This document shows positions 60,357 through 64,000 of a stretch of 64,000 bases of DNA, piece after piece. The position numbers and the translations under genes are program-made. The DNA lies in NCBI GenBank assembly GCA_002104905.1, contig MCFE01000263.1:1-64000 (forward strand). Reading direction: 5' to 3'. Source of the DNA: Basidiobolus meristosporus CBS 931.73 (taxonomy: Eukaryota > Fungi > Basidiobolomycota). Within the stretch, counting starts at the first letter, position 1. Every line of letters begins with the position of its first letter. The notes beneath the pieces were generated by a model that made no database searches, had not been told where the DNA came from, and saw nothing but the letters and a program-made list of their open reading frames with translations.

Positions 60357-63305
60357 ATGGCTAGTCTGAAGCGTGGCAGGACCCTCACCCGGCCTGATCG
60401 CCTCCATGCCCCGGCACCGATGCTGAGCGGCCAGGATGAGCGCAGATCGCTGGATCCTTGGGTGCTCTTCTCCAAAATCACGACCTTCTGGGCCCCGGGG
60501 TTTGTTCTGTCCAAGATGGGCATGCCCGAGCTGGCCAGCCGTCAGGCGTGGAGGGAGAAGGTAGCCCTTTGCTGGATCATCGCGCTGATCGGCGGGATAG
60601 TGGCCTTTCTGACCCTGGGCCTGCCGCACGTGTTTTGTCCCCCGAGCGCCATGACGAGTGTGGAGAATTTTGTGCAAGTGAGCTCGGACGTTCCAGGTAA
60701 CATTGAGTGAGAGGCCTATCTGTTGCTGCAACACTAACCCGTTCGTGGTCTAGGCTTGGTCGGGGTGAACGGATTCGCATACTCCGCCTCGTCGGCGAAG
60801 AACGAGCTGAGCCGCTTCCCTTCTGGCTCGGACATCAGCAGCCAGTTTCTCCATGGCTCCAACGTGGAGGCCTGCCGGGACCCATCCATCAGCGGCTATT
60901 CGTCTGTTCAATACAACCCGTGTACCGCCAAAGAGGAGAATCCGGGCTGCCCGCTTCCTCCGATCGAAGAGTCCGCGGCCACCTACAACCTGGTCCCTAC
61001 TGGTAGAAGGCTGGGCTACGACTGGGTCGACATCCCCAAGAACTCCTTCGTCATCGACGGGAGCATCCTCAACCTCACCCCATATATCAAAGCGTTCCCC
61101 GCTGCCACCCCCGAGGATGTTGTGGATGGCGCCATCCGGGAGGTCATCGACAACGGCATCACTGACGCCACCCGCGTGTTTCTTCGCAGACCAGAGCTGA
61201 TCGCCTCCATTCCCTGTCTAACCGGGAAATACTTCGCCGGCTCCTTGAGCAAGTCAACGCCCGGTTGCTTCGGGGTGAAGCTTTTCTTTGTGATCTCCAT
61301 GGTGATCATTCTAGGGATCGTGTTGACCCGGTTCTTCATGGCTGTCCTGTTCGACTGGTTCCTTTCGTTCAAGCTTGCCCGTCCACCAAGGCTTCAGCCG
61401 AAGCACATCATCGGCACCAAGTCCGCCCCGTGGGCCAACGCCGGCGTCAACACCGAGATAAAGCAGATCCAGCTCGATTCCAACGAGCTGTTCACCGTGT
61501 TGCTGGTCACCTGCTACTCCGAGGGGGAGAGCTCGCTGAGATGCACCATCGAGAGTCTTGCCGCCACCGAATACAGCGATGACCGCAAGCTTCTGTTCAT
61601 CATCGCCGACGGCATCATCACCGGAAGCGGGAACGAGAAAAGCACACCAGACATCTGCGTAGACATGGTCGAGCTAGACCCGCTCTACACGGACCCTGAG
61701 CCCCAAAGCTACATCGCGGTTGCCTCTGGCGCGAAGCAGCACAACATGGCCAAGGTGTATGCCGGGCATTTTGTCCACGCCGGGCACCGTGTCCCCACCG
61801 TGGTCGTGGTGAAGTGCGGCGCGCCCGAGGAGCAAGGAAAGCCCAAGCCGGGCAACCGGGGAAAGCGGGACTCCCAGCTGATCCTGATGAATTTCTTCAG
61901 CCGGGTGACATTCAACGACCGCATGACCCCTCTCGACTATGACCTGTTCACCAAGATCCACCATCTCACCGGCGCCACCCCCGACTACTTCGAGATCGTG
62001 CTCATGGTGGACGCAGATACCAAGGTTTATCCGGACTCCCTGAGGCTGCTTACCAACTGCATGATCAACGATCAGATGATTATGGGCCTGTGCGGAGAGA
62101 CCAAGATTGCCAACAAGCGAGACTCGTGGGTCACGGCCATCCAGGTGTTTGAATACTACATATCCCACCACCTGGGCAAAGGGTTCGAGTCCATATTCGG
62201 AGGTGTCACCTGTCTGCCCGGTTGCTTCTGCATGTACCGGCTGAAGGCACGCAAGGGCGACAGTGACTGGGTCCCGATTATCACCAAGCCCGAGATCGTC
62301 CAGGAATACTCCCAAAACGAAGTGGACACCCTGCACCAGAAAAACCTCCTGTTGCTGGGAGAGGATCGCTTCTTGACCACACTAATGCTGAGGAACTTCC
62401 CCAACAGAAAGATGATGTTCATGCCTCAGGCGATTTGCAAGACGGTCGTTCCGGACGAATTCAGCGTCCTGCTTTCACAGCGGCGCCGTTGGATCAACTC
62501 CACCATTCATAATCTTATGGAGCTTGTGCTGGTCCGAAACCTGTGCGGAACCTTCTGCTTCTCGATGCAGTTTGTCGTGGTCATGGAGCTCATCGGCACG
62601 GTATCGTTGCCGGTGGCCATTGTGATGACCTACGTGCTGATATACTCCATAGCAACCACCACCTTCACCGATGCAGCCAGCTACTACCCGCTGATCCTGC
62701 TGATCCTCATATTGTTCTTGCCCGCGGTCCTGATCTTGCTGACCACCAGGAAGCTCATCTATATCGCATGGATGTTGGTCTATCTCCTGGCATTGCCAGT
62801 GTGGAACTTTGTTCTTCCGGTGTACGCCTATTGGCATTTCGACGACTTCTCCTGGGGTGAGACTCGAAAGGTGGCTGGGGAAACCAAGGAAGAAGACCAT
62901 GGCAAGAAAGACGGGGTCTTCGATTCGAGCAAGATCACCCTTCGTCGGTGGGAGGACTATGAGAGGCGCCGTCTGCGCAACGACAAAGACGGGGCCCACG
63001 GCTCGCCGTCCTTCGGGAACGGAATGGTGGCACAGAACAGAGCGAGCGTTTATTCACAGCCAGAATTCGACGACAGGATCTCGGAGAAGGGCCTGATAGT
63101 GCATAACAACGCGCAAACCGCATCCTGGTACATCCAGGAGGAGTATGACTCCTCTAAGGGAGAGCCCAGCCATGGCGACCAAAACGAGGGCTTTGATCCA
63201 GTCGTCCAGCCCACCGCTTACGATGGAGCAAACACCATTCAACCTCAACAGCATCGTCTCCATGGACCAAGGCCCCAACCGCAAAGGAGAAACCGCCAGA
63301 AATAG
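60357..63305 (+). CDS. CHS3: Chitin synthase, division 2 (class IV/Chs3-like, no myosin domain seen)
   Basis: TLTRPDR and AWREKVAL N-terminus, [44 protein letters not shown]. Intron 60697-60753. The class assignment and start codon are tentative. Confidence 0.92.
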
Positions 63306-63517
63306 AAGCACTTCGATACATCGATACCCCATTTTTATTATTTCAAGTATTATTCATATATCATCAATTCACGAATAAACAGTTCCAAAAATGAATCGAG
63401 GGTTTATTGTTACGATTATGGGTCTCGGGCCAATGTTAACAAGAAAAGATGTAGCCGATGTGAAGTATAAACATGTGAGTTGGAATTCAGATTCTGGGGA
63501 TGAGTCGTCGGACGGGA

Positions 63518-64000
63518 TTAATCCGAATCTTCGGAGGAGGAGTCCTCACGTGGGAGCCAGCCGGAGCTTCTTTCGACTGCTCTTTCCCAGTCGTTGATCT
63601 GCTTGTCACGAATGGTGGTATCCATGGATGGGGAGAAGCTGTAGATGTGCTCGTTGTTGATGCCCATCAATTCGCTGGTTTCGCTCCAGTAGCCAACGGC
63701 CAAACCGGCAGCGAACGCGGCACCCAAGGCGGTGGTCTCCTTCATCTCGGGACGCTCGACACGGACGCCAGCGATATCGGACTGGAATTGCATGCAAAGT
63801 TGGGATTTGCTCAAGCCGCCATCGGCCTTGATGACGTTGATTTCCTTGCCACTATCTTTGCGCATGGCGTTCAGGATAGCGTAGGTCTGGAAACAGGTGG
63901 ATTCGTAGGTGGCACGAGCCAGATGATGCTTGTTGGCATATTGGGTAAGACCAAGGATGGCACCACGTGCATCGGATCTCCAGTATGGTGCGAAAAGTCC
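63518..64000 (-). CDS. GUT1: Glycerol kinase (FGGY family), 3' part; 5' end outside window
   Basis: LFAPYWRSDARG, ADGGLS, ETTALGAAFAAGLAVGYW, WERAVERS. Confidence 0.93.
   Translation of the reverse strand, partial: GLFAPYWRSDARGAILGLTQYANKHHLARATYESTCFQTYAILNAMRKDSGKEINVIKADGGLSKSQLCMQFQSDIAGVRVERPEMKETTALGAAFAAGLAVGYWSETSELMGINNEHIYSFSPSMDTTIRDKQINDWERAVERSSGWLPREDSSSEDSD

Noticed and set aside
58570-63332. Long antisense and alternative-frame ORFs overlapping CCT3 and chitin synthase (e.g. 58693-59736, 61674-62336)
   Set aside because: Expected shadows of GC-rich, codon-biased genes; no independent motifs.
1-64000. tRNA, rRNA or ncRNA genes
   Set aside because: No cloverleaf, A/B-box or rRNA-like segment recognised by eye; a tRNAscan-SE or Infernal run would be needed to exclude them.

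Overview
Eukaryotic, almost certainly fungal DNA with two sharply different halves. Bases 1-54253 are an AT-rich, CpG-depleted nest of transposons. They include degenerate Ty1/copia elements (two families), three Ty3/gypsy families, relics of a CACTA/Transposase_21-type DNA transposon with a divergent companion ORF, and seven members of a palindromic fold-back element family (termini AGACTTG...CAAGTCT, 3-bp A-N-T target duplication). One Ty3 element (19279-24216) is intact, with identical LTRs and a single 1377-aa gag-pol ORF. The most unusual object is a copia-LTR-bounded element with no gag-pol: one complete copy at 41872-46425 with a 5-bp TSD and a second, truncated copy at 52754-54253. It carries a decayed, intronless, Cys/His-rich ORF that I cannot assign to any family. 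Bases 54254-64000 are GC- and CpG-rich, compact host genes with short introns: a PSR1/CTDSP-type phosphatase, CCT3, a class IV-like chitin synthase and the 3' part of glycerol kinase. All coordinates, alignments and identities were read by eye; no searches were run.
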